The position numbers and the translations under genes were made by a program. The notes under the pieces are model-generated. The model had not been told where the DNA came from and ran no database searches. It worked only from the letters and a program-made list of their open reading frames with translations. Shown one piece after another: positions 1-10,074 of a stretch of DNA of 64,000 nt. Source of the stretch: Candidatus Thorarchaeota archaeon (lineage in GTDB: Archaea > Asgardarchaeota > Thorarchaeia > Thorarchaeales > Thorarchaeaceae); NCBI GenBank assembly GCA_048882045.1, contig JBHLRZ010000001.1:64001-128000 (forward strand), read 5' to 3'. Numbering within the stretch: the first letter of the stretch is position 1; each line of letters opens with the position of its first letter.

Positions 1-158
1 TCGAACGCCCCGGATTCAGAGTGAAGCGAAGAAGGAGAAAGAAGACAAAGGTCCCACACAGGCACCGACTTACTCCAGAGGAAAGCATGGTCTTCATCAA
101 GAACAAGTTTGGAATCGAGATACTAGAAAAGGAGCGTGAAAGGACATACCTGTTCTGA
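1..158 (+). CDS. rpl5: 50S ribosomal protein uL5, 3' part (truncated by window start)
   Basis: Frame from nt 3 reads ERPGFRVKRRRRKKTKVPHRHRLTPEESMVFIKNKFGIEI...* (archaeal L5 C-terminus); lies upstream of S14/S8. Confidence 0.9.
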   Translation, partial: ERPGFRVKRRRRKKTKVPHRHRLTPEESMVFIKNKFGIEILEKERERTYLF

Positions 159-166
159 GGTGATCT

Positions 167-337
167 ATGATGAGTCAAAAGAAAGAACGTCCAAAACGAA
201 AGAGAATGGGCAAAGGCAGCAGAAAATGTGTCCGCTGCGGTACACACCAGGCTATCATCAGATCATACGGCTTGAACATGTGCCGACGCTGTTTCAGAGA
301 AACAGCGGAGAAGCTCGGGTTCCGCAAATATCAGTAA
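167..337 (+). CDS. rps14: 30S ribosomal protein uS14 (Zn-binding); absent from ORF track
   Basis: Own translation [56 protein letters not shown]; CxxC..CRRC; SD GAGGTGA upstream. Confidence 0.95.
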   Translation: MMSQKKERPKRKRMGKGSRKCVRCGTHQAIIRSYGLNMCRRCFRETAEKLGFRKYQ

Positions 338-353
338 GGAGGCTAAGGAGAAA

Positions 354-746
354 GTGACAATACTAGACCCATTGGCTGACGCAATGTCTAACATCTACAA
401 CAGCGAGATCGTGGGAAAACCCGAGGTGGTTATCGCTCCTGCATCACGCCTGATAGAAAAAGTACTGCAGGTCATGCAGTCGAAAGGATACATCGGGGAG
501 TTCGAAAGAATCGACGATGGTAAAGCAGGCCGCTTCCGTATCCAGCTCATGGGGCGGACAAACAAATGCGGTGTGATCAAGCCCAGGTTCCCAGTCCGAC
601 GTGATGGATTCGAGAAGTTTGAGAAAAGATTCCTACCAGCTTACAACTACGGAATACTGATTGTAACAACTCCCGAGGGTGTGATGACACATCAGGATGC
701 CAAGACTCGTGGGATTGGTGGGAGACTACTAGCATATGTATACTAA
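354..746 (+). CDS. rps8: 30S ribosomal protein uS8
   Basis: [10 protein letters not shown]...[15 protein letters not shown]...GGRLLAYVY; GTG start. Confidence 0.97.
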   Translation: MTILDPLADAMSNIYNSEIVGKPEVVIAPASRLIEKVLQVMQSKGYIGEFERIDDGKAGRFRIQLMGRTNKCGVIKPRFPVRRDGFEKFEKRFLPAYNYGILIVTTPEGVMTHQDAKTRGIGGRLLAYVY

Positions 747-759
747 GGAGATCCGACAA

Positions 760-1323
760 ATGGAAGAAAATTCAATCTACGAACAACGGATCGAGATTCC
801 CAGTGAATGTCAGGTTTCTCTAGAAGAAAAGACTGTTACAGTCAGTGGTCCAAAAGGTTCGCTGACCAGATCGTTTCCCGAACCGCAGACCAGCATCAAG
901 ATTGAGGGCAATGAACTCATCGCAAACACCCACATCAACAGGAAACAGTCTAGAGCTCTGGTTGGAACGGTCATTGCTCACGTTCGAAACATGCTCACTG
1001 GAGTGCAGCATGGCTACGAATATGAGATGAAGATAGTATACAGCCACTTTCCAATCACTGTTGAAGTAAAGGATGATTCAGTTATCATCAAGAACTTCAT
1101 CGGTGAACGAGGCGTTAGGATCGCTCGTTTGATTGGTGATGTGGAAGTAAAGACCACTGAGGATGAACTATTCATCAGCGGGATCAACATTGAACATGTA
1201 TCACAGAGTGCAGCCAACATACAGCAAGCATGCAAAATCCGTGATAAAGACCGAAGAGTCTTCCTCGATGGCATCTATGTGATTAGGAAGAGGAAAGGCG
1301 AGGAAACTAAGGCAATCGTATAG
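760..1323 (+). CDS. rpl6: 50S ribosomal protein uL6
   Basis: GPKGSLTRSF, YSHFPITV, DRRVFLDGIYV; start refined to ATG 760 after SD GGAG. Confidence 0.95.
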   Translation: MEENSIYEQRIEIPSECQVSLEEKTVTVSGPKGSLTRSFPEPQTSIKIEGNELIANTHINRKQSRALVGTVIAHVRNMLTGVQHGYEYEMKIVYSHFPITVEVKDDSVIIKNFIGERGVRIARLIGDVEVKTTEDELFISGINIEHVSQSAANIQQACKIRDKDRRVFLDGIYVIRKRKGEETKAIV

Positions 1324-1335
1324 GAGAGGAAATGA

Positions 1336-2130
1336 ATGTCAAAGAAACCAAAACTCAGTGAGGTCCCAGGAGTTGGACCAGCAATGGAAGAAAAACTTCG
1401 TGATGCTGGCATCAAGACAGTCCTCAGTCTATCGAAGATGGATCCAAAGAAACTCGCTGAGAAGGTGGAGGGTGTCGGAGAGGCCAGCGCAAAGAGTTTC
1501 GTATCCGAAGCCAAGAAACTGGTCCCGAAAGACAAACCAAAACCAAAGAAGAAAACAGAGGAAAAACCTGCGCCTAAGAAGAAAAAGGTAGAGCCGAAAG
1601 TCGAGAAACCGAAAAAGAAGAAAGCTACTCCTAAGAAGAAGGCTCCACCAAAGAAGAAGAAAAAGAAGCAAAAATTGGAAGTACCTCTTAGAGTTCAAAG
1701 GACAGACCAGCGAATTCTCAGGATTGCTCAGAGGAAGAAGAGGCAAATGCCTCAGTTTCGTCATGAACAAGCCCATAGATGGATTCGAGTAAATGACAGC
1801 TGGCGCAAGGTCCGTGGAATCGATAGTGCGACACGTGAGAAAAGGAGAGGACGCATTGCTATGGTGTCATCAGGTTATAGGACACCGAAAGCAGTGAGAA
1901 ACCTACACCCTTCACTCTTTGTCGAAGTCATGGTCTACAGAGCTTCAGAGGTGGAGAACCTAGATCCCGAAGTACATGCGGTCAGAATCGCAAGTACAGT
2001 AGGGGCAAGAAAACGACAGGAAATAATCTCCGCTGCTGACGCAAAACTCCTCAGGGTTCTCAACCCAGGAAGAAGTGACGAGATAGATGAGGAGGACCTC
2101 TTCACAGATCTTGACTTGGAGGTGGACTAG
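1336..2130 (+). CDS. rpl32e: 50S ribosomal protein eL32 with N-terminal helix-hairpin-helix domain and Lys/Pro-rich linker
   Basis: C-terminal WRKVRGIDS...SGYRTPKAVRNLHPS...RVLNP; N-terminal VPGVGP/VEGVGE HhH motifs. Confidence 0.93.
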   Translation: MSKKPKLSEVPGVGPAMEEKLRDAGIKTVLSLSKMDPKKLAEKVEGVGEASAKSFVSEAKKLVPKDKPKPKKKTEEKPAPKKKKVEPKVEKPKKKKATPKKKAPPKKKKKKQKLEVPLRVQRTDQRILRIAQRKKRQMPQFRHEQAHRWIRVNDSWRKVRGIDSATREKRRGRIAMVSSGYRTPKAVRNLHPSLFVEVMVYRASEVENLDPEVHAVRIASTVGARKRQEIISAADAKLLRVLNPGRSDEIDEEDLFTDLDLEVD

Positions 2131-2132
2131 TA

Positions 2133-2579
2133 ATGAAACTCAGTACCCAGAAGAGATTAGCCGCTGACGTTATGAAGGTTGGGAAGTCCAGAGTCTGGAT
2201 TGACCCCGAGTTCGAAGACGAAGTAAGCCTAGCCATCACAAGAGATGACATCCGACGTCTTGTGGATGAAGGGGCTATTCAAAAGAAACCGATTCGTGGG
2301 GTTAGCAGAGGACGAGCTCGTTATAAATTGAACCAGAAGCGAAAAGGTCAGCGGGCAGGACCTGGAAGAAAGAAAGGAAAGGCAACTTCCAAGCTGAGCA
2401 GCAAAGAACGATGGATGATGAAGATTCGACCCATGCGTAAGGAGCTCAGAAAGCTCAGAGACGAAGGCAAAATCACACCCAGAGTTTATCGAGAACTCTA
2501 CTTGAAAGCGAAGGGTAATGCTTTCCGTAACACTGCTCACCTCAGAACATACATTTCAGAGAGGAGGCTGTCCAAATAA
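2133..2579 (+). CDS. rpl19e: 50S ribosomal protein eL19
   Basis: [36 protein letters not shown]. Confidence 0.97.
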   Translation: MKLSTQKRLAADVMKVGKSRVWIDPEFEDEVSLAITRDDIRRLVDEGAIQKKPIRGVSRGRARYKLNQKRKGQRAGPGRKKGKATSKLSSKERWMMKIRPMRKELRKLRDEGKITPRVYRELYLKAKGNAFRNTAHLRTYISERRLSK

Positions 2580-3331
2580 TGGCACAGGGACCAACTTACA
2601 GAGTTAAGTTACGAAGAAGGAGAGAAGGGAAGACGAACTATTATCGTCGAAGACGTCTTCTTCAATCACGTAGTCCGAGACTGGTTGTTAGAAAAACAAA
2701 TTCAGCTACAATAGTGCAGGTCATTAATGCCACTGTTATTGGCGACTCTACAGTAGCCTCAGCAATCTCAACAGAACTGTCCAACCACGGTTGGGTCGCT
2801 GGAACAGGGAACCTTCCCTCAGCCTATCTTACAGGACTCCTTGCAGGGCTTCGTGCAAAGAATAGAGGTGTGAAGGAAGCAATCCTAGATGTGGGTCTGA
2901 ATCCACCAGTCAAGGGATCAAGAGTCTATGCAGCACTCAAGGGTGCTGTTGATGCAGGTCTGGATGTACCACACGATCCTGAAGTACTCCCTGATGAATC
3001 AAGAATAACGGGAGAACACATTGTGGCATCATTTGAGCACTTTGGAACTGATTCAAACATGTTCAGTAAGCTTGGGAAGAAGAAGACAACTATCTCGACA
3101 ATTCCAAACAAATTCAAGACTGTCAAGAAAGCAATCGAAGACCTTCCTGCTGCTGAACTCAAGAAGAAGAAGCGGAAGGCTCCAGCCAAGGCAAAAGCCA
3201 AGCCCAAAGCTGAGAAAACAAAGAAGGAGAAACCAGCTGTCAAACCTCCACGTGCAACACCTCGGAAACCAAAGCCAAAGAAGCTCATTTCAAGAGGTAA
3301 GGGCAAGAGGGGGAGAAAGGGCAAGAAGTAG
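2579..3331 (+). CDS. rpl18: 50S ribosomal protein uL18 with basic C-terminal tail
   Basis: [33 protein letters not shown]. Confidence 0.95.
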   Translation: MAQGPTYRVKLRRRREGKTNYYRRRRLLQSRSPRLVVRKTNSATIVQVINATVIGDSTVASAISTELSNHGWVAGTGNLPSAYLTGLLAGLRAKNRGVKEAILDVGLNPPVKGSRVYAALKGAVDAGLDVPHDPEVLPDESRITGEHIVASFEHFGTDSNMFSKLGKKKTTISTIPNKFKTVKKAIEDLPAAELKKKKRKAPAKAKAKPKAEKTKKEKPAVKPPRATPRKPKPKKLISRGKGKRGRKGKK

Positions 3332-3343
3332 GGGTGACATGTA

Positions 3344-4024
3344 ATGAGTAGACAACAAAGAAGAAGGAGACAACCTCGAGCAGAGATTAACCCACTGGAT
3401 GATTGGGTTCCAAAGACAAAACTAGGTAGGCTTGTGAAAGAGGGACACATCAACTCGATTGATGAGATCATGCAGAACAATTACAGAATCAGAGAGCCTG
3501 AGATTGTTGACGCTCTGTTTCCCGACCTCAGACAAGAGGTTGTGGATGTGACCCTAGTGCAGCGCCAGTCTGACAGCGGACAGCAAAAGAGCTTCAGAAT
3601 CACTGTAGTGGTTGGAAATGGAGAGGGAGTTCTGGGAATTGGTATCGGTAAAGCACCAGAGTTTGTACCCTCTGTACGTGCTGCCGAGGCTCGAGCAAAG
3701 CTGAACATCATGATGTTCCGTCGAGGCTGTGGGTCTTGGGAATGTAGATGTCATGATCCTCACAGTATTCCATTCCAAGTGAAGGGCAGCTCTGGTTCAG
3801 TAAGTGTCACCCTGAGACCCGCTCCTAAAGGAACTGGTTTAGTCACTGCTGATGTAGGGAAGATAGTACTACGTATTGCAGGACTTCATGATGTATGGTC
3901 AATCACAAAGGGTAGGTCAAGGACTTCCTCCAATTTTGCGAAAGCATTTGTTAATGCATTGGCTCAGACCTACAAGATGTTACCACCACAAGAGTGGAGT
4001 TCAACAGGAGTTGCTGAAACATGA
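3344..4024 (+). CDS. rps5: 30S ribosomal protein uS5
   Basis: WVPKTKLGRLV, RGCGSWEC, PAPKGTGLV. Confidence 0.97.
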   Translation: MSRQQRRRRQPRAEINPLDDWVPKTKLGRLVKEGHINSIDEIMQNNYRIREPEIVDALFPDLRQEVVDVTLVQRQSDSGQQKSFRITVVVGNGEGVLGIGIGKAPEFVPSVRAAEARAKLNIMMFRRGCGSWECRCHDPHSIPFQVKGSSGSVSVTLRPAPKGTGLVTADVGKIVLRIAGLHDVWSITKGRSRTSSNFAKAFVNALAQTYKMLPPQEWSSTGVAET

Positions 4025-4503
4025 GTGAGGAAGAAAAAGTCGTACTTGCAATTCGAGTGAGAGGTCAGGTAAGAGTCAAGCCACAAATAGCGGACACTCT
4101 GGACAAACTCCTACTAGGTCGTCTTCACCAGGCTCGACTAATCAAGGTCACTCCGAGTATGCAGGGGATGATTACAAAGGCAAAGGACTACATCACCTGG
4201 GGTGAGCCTACAGAAGACCTGGTCTTCAAGCTTCTCACGAAGAGAGGACGCCTACCAGGAAACGAGAGATTGACCGATGCCTATGTGAAGAAGAATTCTA
4301 ATGTCAGCAGTATCAAGGCGTTGGCAAAGGCGATTGCAAGTGGAAAGGCTACGATGGCTGATGTTGAAGGCTTGAAGCCAATATTCAGGCTTACTCCTCC
4401 AACTAAAGGCTTCAAGGGTAAGAAGAATTTGGGTGTTGGAATGGGAGGAATCACAGGCTATCGTGGGGAAGATATCAACGAACTGGCCCTACGTATGCTT
4501 TGA
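4021..4503 (+). CDS. rpl30: 50S ribosomal protein uL30
   Basis: IRVRG, KDYITWGE, PIFRLTPPTKG, GYRGEDINEL. Confidence 0.95.
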   Translation: MSEEEKVVLAIRVRGQVRVKPQIADTLDKLLLGRLHQARLIKVTPSMQGMITKAKDYITWGEPTEDLVFKLLTKRGRLPGNERLTDAYVKKNSNVSSIKALAKAIASGKATMADVEGLKPIFRLTPPTKGFKGKKNLGVGMGGITGYRGEDINELALRML

Positions 4504-4513
4504 GGTGAAAAGA

Positions 4514-5044
4514 ATGTCTTGGGACGATGATGACGAAACTCGAAGAAAAATCAGACGCTGGTTTGGTGACTTCCTACCTGAAGAGATGTTTCGTATGATA
4601 GAAGAGATGATGGAGAAGATGATGAGCGAAATGAACGAAGGATCACTGTTTAATCCAGAGTCCTTCGAAGAGATGCTCAAAGACCCAAATGGTACAAGTC
4701 CCTACGTCTTCGGATTCTCAATGAATATTGGTCCCGATGGAAAGCCCATCATCCAACGGTTTGGAAATCCACCAGGGAATGAGGGAATGGCACCTTCATC
4801 AACCCTTGAACCTCTTGTGGATGTGGTGGAGGAGAAAGACGAAATCATTGTAGTTGCTGAAGTTCCGGGTGTAGAGAGGGATGAGATAAAGGTCCGGATC
4901 AAGGGAAAAACCCTCACAATAAATGCTGAGAATCCTGAGAGACCCTATCACAAGGTCATAGAGCTTCCTAGCAATGTACAGAAAGAGGAAGCAAAATCTG
5001 CTATTCGTAACGGCGTACTGGAGGTTCGTCTGAAGAAGGCATAG
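4514..5044 (+). CDS. hsp20: Small heat-shock protein (archaeal Hsp20/alpha-crystallin family)
   Basis: YVFGFSMNIGPDGKPIIQRFGN, EPLVDVVEEKDEIIVVAEVPGV, RNGVLEVRLKK; start refined to ATG 4514 after SD GAGGTGA. Confidence 0.93.
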   Translation: MSWDDDDETRRKIRRWFGDFLPEEMFRMIEEMMEKMMSEMNEGSLFNPESFEEMLKDPNGTSPYVFGFSMNIGPDGKPIIQRFGNPPGNEGMAPSSTLEPLVDVVEEKDEIIVVAEVPGVERDEIKVRIKGKTLTINAENPERPYHKVIELPSNVQKEEAKSAIRNGVLEVRLKKA

Positions 5045-5059
5045 GATGGAGAGATATCG

Positions 5060-5509
5060 ATGCAAAAACGAAGATCAAAGAAAATCAACAAGATGCGAGG
5101 ACGCCGTGCAGCAGGCTATGGTTTCAGTGCAGGCCATCGTGCCTCTGGACAGAGAGGTGGAAAGGGGATGGCTGGATCCAAAAAGCATCACTACATCAAA
5201 GTCATGCAGGAGAATCCTCGATACTTCGGTAAGTGGGGTTTCAAGAGACCTCAGAAGGTGATCGACCATCCTGTTGCTGTGAACATCGGAGATATAGATG
5301 AAGCAGCAGATAGACTCGTCGCCCAAGAGCTAGCTACTATGACTGGAAAGAAATACAATATTGATGTTTCGCGGTTGGGCATAGACAGGATTCTGGGATC
5401 TGGAAAGGTAACCCGTAAGCTCAACCTGACAGGTGTGAAGTCTATTACACCGAGAGCCAGAGAAAAGGTCACTGGTGGCGGTGGTACAGTCGACCTTCCT
5501 GAGGAATAG
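5060..5509 (+). CDS. rpl15: 50S ribosomal protein uL15
   Basis: KMRGRRAAGYG..HRASGQRGGKGMAG, FGKWGFKRP, ILGSG. Confidence 0.95.
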   Translation: MQKRRSKKINKMRGRRAAGYGFSAGHRASGQRGGKGMAGSKKHHYIKVMQENPRYFGKWGFKRPQKVIDHPVAVNIGDIDEAADRLVAQELATMTGKKYNIDVSRLGIDRILGSGKVTRKLNLTGVKSITPRAREKVTGGGGTVDLPEE

Positions 5510-5587
5510 TACGGTTTCATTCTGACCAGTACGTTTTAAAGGAGAGGCCATCTGGAACCCGAAAAGTACCTGCAGGAGGCACAAGGA

Positions 5588-7108
5588 ATGTCTAGTCGAT
5601 TCCTAAAAGCATTATCACCATTCGTACGGATAATGCCGGAGGTTAAAGCCCCAGACAGAGAGGTTTCTTTTCGTGAGAAGTTTGTCTGGACCGCTTTGAT
5701 ACTGATAATATTCCTAATCATGTCACACATGCCTCTCTACGGTGTTGACAAGAACGTAGGAACTGACTACCTTTGGGCAATGCGAGTCATACTTGCCAGT
5801 ACTCGCGGAACACTAATGGAGCTAGGTATAGGACCAATAGTCACTGCAGGTCTGGTCATGCAGCTTCTATCAGGATCGAAGATTATCGATGTAGACTTTG
5901 GAGACCCAGAAGACAGAGCCCTCTTTACTGGAGGTCAGAAGGTCATTGCAATGTTCATGACTGCCTTTCAGGCAATCGCATACATCCTTGGTAATGCGTA
6001 TGGAGAGCTTGATCCTACTAGTGCACTCATCGTTTTCTTACAGCTGTTCATGTCAGGGATTATTGTCATTCTGATGGACGAATTGGTGCAGAAAGGCTGG
6101 GGTCTTGGATCAGGTGTGTCATTGTTCATCATGACAAATGTCGCAGGTCAAGTTCTGTACAACTCATTGAACTTCATCGACGTTGAGTCTGCTTCACCCA
6201 TTGGTTATATGGGTGGAACAGAAGCCAATCCAGTACCCACTAACCTGCCAAAAGGGATCATATCAGCTATGGTGAGCAACCTTCTCAGATTCTTCGGAAT
6301 TGGTATAAGTCAAGGACTTACTGTTGATGCGGGTTGGTTCGTCGTACGAAATGGGTATGACCCGAGTCTGCTCTCGTTGACAGTAACATTTGCCATCTTC
6401 TTTGCAGTCATCTGGATGGAGTCTGTAAGAGTCGAGATTCCGTTACAGTATGCAAAATACCGAGGCATGAAAGCTAGATACCCAATCAAACTCCTTTACA
6501 CCTCGAACATTCCAGTCATTCTTGCTCAGGCACTCTATGCCAACATACTCTTCTTTGGACAGATCCTGTGGGGTTCTCTGAATCCTGAGGGGACTAACCC
6601 ATTCCTGAGTTGGATAGGCACATTCGAACGGGCAGATGACGGAAGAATGGTAGCAATATCAGGACTGGCCAAATATATCACACCCCCACAAGGCGTCTTT
6701 CGACTCATAGACGAAGGTATGGAAGGCTGGCTCCATATTATCATCTACTCCGCACTCATGATACTACTGTGTTGGGGCTTCTCGAAGATCTGGGTGGACA
6801 TTTCAGGCATCGCGCCGCGAGATGTTTCCCGACAACTTCTCAATTCAGGATATATTGTCCCTGGATTCAGAACCAGTGAGAAGGTCCTCGAGAGACTACT
6901 GGAAAGATACATTCCAATCGTTGCAGGTCTTGGTGGGCTCCTGATAGGCATACTAGCTGCAACTGCTGACGTCATGGGAGCCTTGGCAAGTGGAACAGGG
7001 ATATTGCTCATGGTATCAATCATAAAGCAATATTATGAACAGATAGCCAAGGAGCAACTTGCTGGAATGGGCGGCGAAGGTGCAGCAGGGCTACTCGGTA
7101 TACTATGA
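5588..7108 (+). CDS. secY: Preprotein translocase SecY/Sec61alpha
   Basis: GTLMELGIGPIVTAG, KGWGLGSGVSLFI, YPIKLLYTSNIPVIL, SGTGILLMV. Confidence 0.98.
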   Translation: MSSRFLKALSPFVRIMPEVKAPDREVSFREKFVWTALILIIFLIMSHMPLYGVDKNVGTDYLWAMRVILASTRGTLMELGIGPIVTAGLVMQLLSGSKIIDVDFGDPEDRALFTGGQKVIAMFMTAFQAIAYILGNAYGELDPTSALIVFLQLFMSGIIVILMDELVQKGWGLGSGVSLFIMTNVAGQVLYNSLNFIDVESASPIGYMGGTEANPVPTNLPKGIISAMVSNLLRFFGIGISQGLTVDAGWFVVRNGYDPSLLSLTVTFAIFFAVIWMESVRVEIPLQYAKYRGMKARYPIKLLYTSNIPVILAQALYANILFFGQILWGSLNPEGTNPFLSWIGTFERADDGRMVAISGLAKYITPPQGVFRLIDEGMEGWLHIIIYSALMILLCWGFSKIWVDISGIAPRDVSRQLLNSGYIVPGFRTSEKVLERLLERYIPIVAGLGGLLIGILAATADVMGALASGTGILLMVSIIKQYYEQIAKEQLAGMGGEGAAGLLGIL

Positions 7109-7121
7109 CATTGAGATTGAT

Positions 7122-7157
7122 CCAAGGGGAGAGTTGGTTCTTCCCTTGGTTTCTTTT
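7122..7157 (+). terminator. Hairpin plus T-rich tract after secY
   Basis: CCAAGGGGA...TTCCCTTGG stem followed by TTTCTTTT. Confidence 0.55.
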
Positions 7158-7223
7158 GATTGCTAATGAGCAGACTTTATAACTGGTACATTTAACCAGC
7201 GCCTAATCTTCGAAGGTCGGTGT

Positions 7224-7823
7224 ATGGACCCTATGGCAGAATCCAGAAATGTTGTAATCGTGACTGGCATTCCAGGTGTTGGAAAAACTACCGTGATCAA
7301 TACTGCCGTTGAACAGGTCAAAGAGAAGCATGGCGAGGATATCCTCATGCTCAATATTGGAACAGAAATGTTTGAGGTCGCAGTGAAGGAAGGCTATGTC
7401 AAAGACAGAGATGAACTACGCAAGCTACCAACAGCGATACAGAGAGAGGTTCAAAGACAAGCGGGAATTGTCATCGCAGAGAAAGCCAAATCAGCAAGGG
7501 CGATTGTTGACACCCACACCCTCATTCAGACCAACAATGGGTTCCTGATAGGACTACCTGAATGGGTGGTTACTGCGATCAAACCAAAGACTGTCGTTCT
7601 TGTTGAAGCGGACTCTGAGAAGATTGCTAGTCGCAGGAGTGGAGATGAAACCAGAACACGTGACGCACAAGCAATCACTGATATTCAGATTCATCAAGAA
7701 ATGTGCAGGGCTGCAGCAGTAGCAGTAGGGACTATTACTGGTGCGACCGTCAGAATAATCAAGAACCGTGAGGGACTTGTAGAGGAAGCAGCCTCTGAAC
7801 TTGCGGAAACCCTAATGGAGTAG
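7224..7823 (+). CDS. adkA: Archaeal adenylate kinase
   Basis: GIPGVGKTT P-loop, DRDELRKL, IVDTH, GLP; canonical position after secY. Confidence 0.93.
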   Translation: MDPMAESRNVVIVTGIPGVGKTTVINTAVEQVKEKHGEDILMLNIGTEMFEVAVKEGYVKDRDELRKLPTAIQREVQRQAGIVIAEKAKSARAIVDTHTLIQTNNGFLIGLPEWVVTAIKPKTVVLVEADSEKIASRRSGDETRTRDAQAITDIQIHQEMCRAAAVAVGTITGATVRIIKNREGLVEEAASELAETLME

Positions 7824-7829
7824 AAAGAA

Positions 7830-8387
7830 ATGCAGGATATTTTTGGCGATATTTTAGGCTGGTTTACCTTGGTCTTTAAAGACCCACCAATGGCGGGTAT
7901 CTTCATTCTTTTCATATCCATGAGTATATCCACGATAAGCAATCTCGCAATGAGGCGCTTCACTGATATGAGACGGCTTAACAAGCAACAGGCTGAAATC
8001 AAGAGATATCGAGAATTGGAACAAGAGGCAAAGAAGACACAGAACGAGAAACTCCTAAAGAAGCTCAAGAAACGCAAAGCCTACATCGATCGCATTCAGC
8101 GGGAACAAATGACAGCACGGTGTAAACCATCACTGATATTCTTCATTCCGTTCATTTTCATATTCTCATTTCTTAGAGGATTCTATAACACAGGTGGTGT
8201 AGATGATTTGGTTGTTGTTCTTCCTTTCAACATCCAGAAAGTCCTCCCATTCCTAGTAGGGATGCTCGGTGCTCCTACTGGCGCTGGATTTGGACTGAGT
8301 TTCTATGGATTCTACTTCCTTGTGGGACTCGGAATGTCAAGTATACTTCAGCGTATCATGGGAACTCAGGTTCTTACAAACCCATAG
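7830..8387 (+). CDS. DUF106 / EMC3-TMCO1-Get1 (Oxa1 superfamily) membrane insertase
   Basis: TM-coiled coil-TM-TM layout; canonical position between adk and L34e. Confidence 0.8.
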   Translation: MQDIFGDILGWFTLVFKDPPMAGIFILFISMSISTISNLAMRRFTDMRRLNKQQAEIKRYRELEQEAKKTQNEKLLKKLKKRKAYIDRIQREQMTARCKPSLIFFIPFIFIFSFLRGFYNTGGVDDLVVVLPFNIQKVLPFLVGMLGAPTGAGFGLSFYGFYFLVGLGMSSILQRIMGTQVLTNP

Positions 8388-8500
8388 CGCCAATCTGATA
8401 TCAGGTCTGACTAGTTTTTTGCAAAACTAGTAGGTTCTATCAGCAATAAGAAGAAACAGCCAGACATATTCAAGGAATCTGAAATGTTTCTGAGCAATAA

Positions 8501-8755
8501 ATGATATTGAAAGTACTGAGTCCTCTGGAAGAATTTGCACGCCTGATTGGAGGACACTTGGAAGAAATTTGGGGATTTCTTATATTCATTGGAGGAGCCT
8601 CGGCTTTCATTGTGATTCTAGTAGGAGCAATCCTCATGTTTGTAGGTGTGAAAGTAGGAAAGATCACTGGACAAGGTCTCATCCTAGGTGGAATCATACT
8701 CGCAATCATCATTGCATACTTCACGATGTATCCACCAGATTTCACTTCAGGATGA
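8501..8755 (+). CDS. Small two-TM membrane protein, hypothetical
   Basis: Two hydrophobic segments; fills the gap between DUF106 and L34e. Confidence 0.65.
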   Translation: MILKVLSPLEEFARLIGGHLEEIWGFLIFIGGASAFIVILVGAILMFVGVKVGKITGQGLILGGIILAIIIAYFTMYPPDFTSG

Positions 8756-8829
8756 GAAATTCCAAGCGACACCGCTTTGCTTAAAAGGAAAGTCTAGACG
8801 GTCCCCAGAGAGAAGACAGGTGTCATAAA

Positions 8830-9093
8830 ATGCGACCAGGTAGGCTTACTCGAGGACGAGCAAACCGCACTGTGAGGACTCCAGGTGGCAGGAGAGTCAT
8901 TCACAGGCAAAAGTTCTACAAGTCAGGAGGAGCCTGTGCGATCACAGGTTCAAAGTTGCATCTATCCCGAGATACCAAGCATGGTCGTAGGCGAAGTGCA
9001 AGTCGTTCAGCAAAGAGACCAAACCGACCATATGGGGGAATGGTTTCAGCCAAGGCTCTGCGTCGAGGTATCATAAAAGCTGCACGAGAGTAA
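8830..9093 (+). CDS. rpl34e: 50S ribosomal protein eL34
   Basis: VRTPGGR, KRPNRPYGG; upstream of cmk. Confidence 0.92.
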   Translation: MRPGRLTRGRANRTVRTPGGRRVIHRQKFYKSGGACAITGSKLHLSRDTKHGRRRSASRSAKRPNRPYGGMVSAKALRRGIIKAARE

Positions 9094-9097
9094 TAAT

Positions 9098-9634
9098 ATG
9101 AAACGCGTCGTCACCGTTGGTGGTCTTCACGGTACTGGCAAGAGTTCAGTGGCAGACGCGATTTCCAAAAAATTTGACTTGAGGCGAATGTCCGCAGGTG
9201 TGGTCTTCCGTCAACTTGCGAAGGACAGAAACCTCACCCTCGAGGAATTCAGTAGAGTTGCCGAAGGTAACGAAGACATCGACAGACTAATCGATGACAA
9301 GCTTCGTGAAGAAGCAGAGAAAGGAAATGCTGTTATTGACGGTCAACTAGCAGCATGGATGGCTGGGGACAATGCAGACCTGAAGATCCTATTGATCGCA
9401 TCAACAGAAAACAGAATTCGAAGGATTTCAGAGAGGGATGAGACTGATTTTGAATATGCTCGACGGGAAACCATTACTCGGGAGGGAAGCGAGAAGGCAA
9501 GATACCTGGAGTATTATGGTGTAGATATTTCGGACCATTCAATCTATGACCTAATCATTAACACTGACAAATATGATCTTGAAGATGTCATAGCCATTGT
9601 TTTTACAGCTATTGAACATTGCTTTGGAAAATGA
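9098..9634 (+). CDS. cmk: Cytidylate kinase (archaeal type)
   Basis: GLHGTGKS, SAGVVFRQLA, IDRLID, YDLIINT. Confidence 0.92.
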   Translation: MKRVVTVGGLHGTGKSSVADAISKKFDLRRMSAGVVFRQLAKDRNLTLEEFSRVAEGNEDIDRLIDDKLREEAEKGNAVIDGQLAAWMAGDNADLKILLIASTENRIRRISERDETDFEYARRETITREGSEKARYLEYYGVDISDHSIYDLIINTDKYDLEDVIAIVFTAIEHCFGK

Positions 9635-9763
9635 CCAGTAAATAGTAACAAGCGTAAGGCTCTTATTGCCATCACGAATCCGCTCGACTATTCTCCCAGT
9701 CTAAGGGATGATGCTGCGAGGTGACTCGGATGCAGACCAACGACAAGGCGAGGTGTATTGAAG

Positions 9764-10045
9764 ATGAGTCTCTACGAAACTGGAAGAGTATGTGTAAAGA
9801 CTATGGGGCGAGAGGCCGGTAGTCTTTGTGTAGTTATAGAAAAGAAAGACGAGTCCTATGTAGTGGTGACTGGACCTAAGCATCTGAGCGGAATAAGGAG
9901 GCGAAACTGCAATATCAGACATTTGGAGCCGCTTGAAACCATACTCACAATTACTGCTGATGCAGACGATAATGCAGTCGAAAAGGCTATTGAAGAGGCT
10001 GGATTGACTGATAAATTCAAAACCAAGATTCGTCTTCAGATATAG
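9764..10045 (+). CDS. rpl14e: 50S ribosomal protein eL14
   Basis: GRVCVKTMGREAG, VTGP, RRRNCNIRHLEP. Confidence 0.95.
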   Translation: MSLYETGRVCVKTMGREAGSLCVVIEKKDESYVVVTGPKHLSGIRRRNCNIRHLEPLETILTITADADDNAVEKAIEEAGLTDKFKTKIRLQI

Positions 10046-10074
10046 AATGATTTGTCATCAGGAGGGTAGATTCG

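Noticed and set aside
136-357. 73-aa ORF in the track
   Set aside because: Wrong frame; the real gene is uS14 at 167-337
2926-3480. Long antisense ORFs (184 aa here; also 22444-22998, 27724-28299, 36701-37213)
   Set aside because: They overlap well-supported genes on the opposite strand and have no motifs; codon-bias shadows
9690-9757. C/D-box sRNA or k-turn in the rpl14e leader (ATGATG, CTGC-GAG-GTGA-CTC...GCAG hairpin)
   Set aside because: C box is imperfect and there is no canonical CTGA D box; cannot be supported without covariation data
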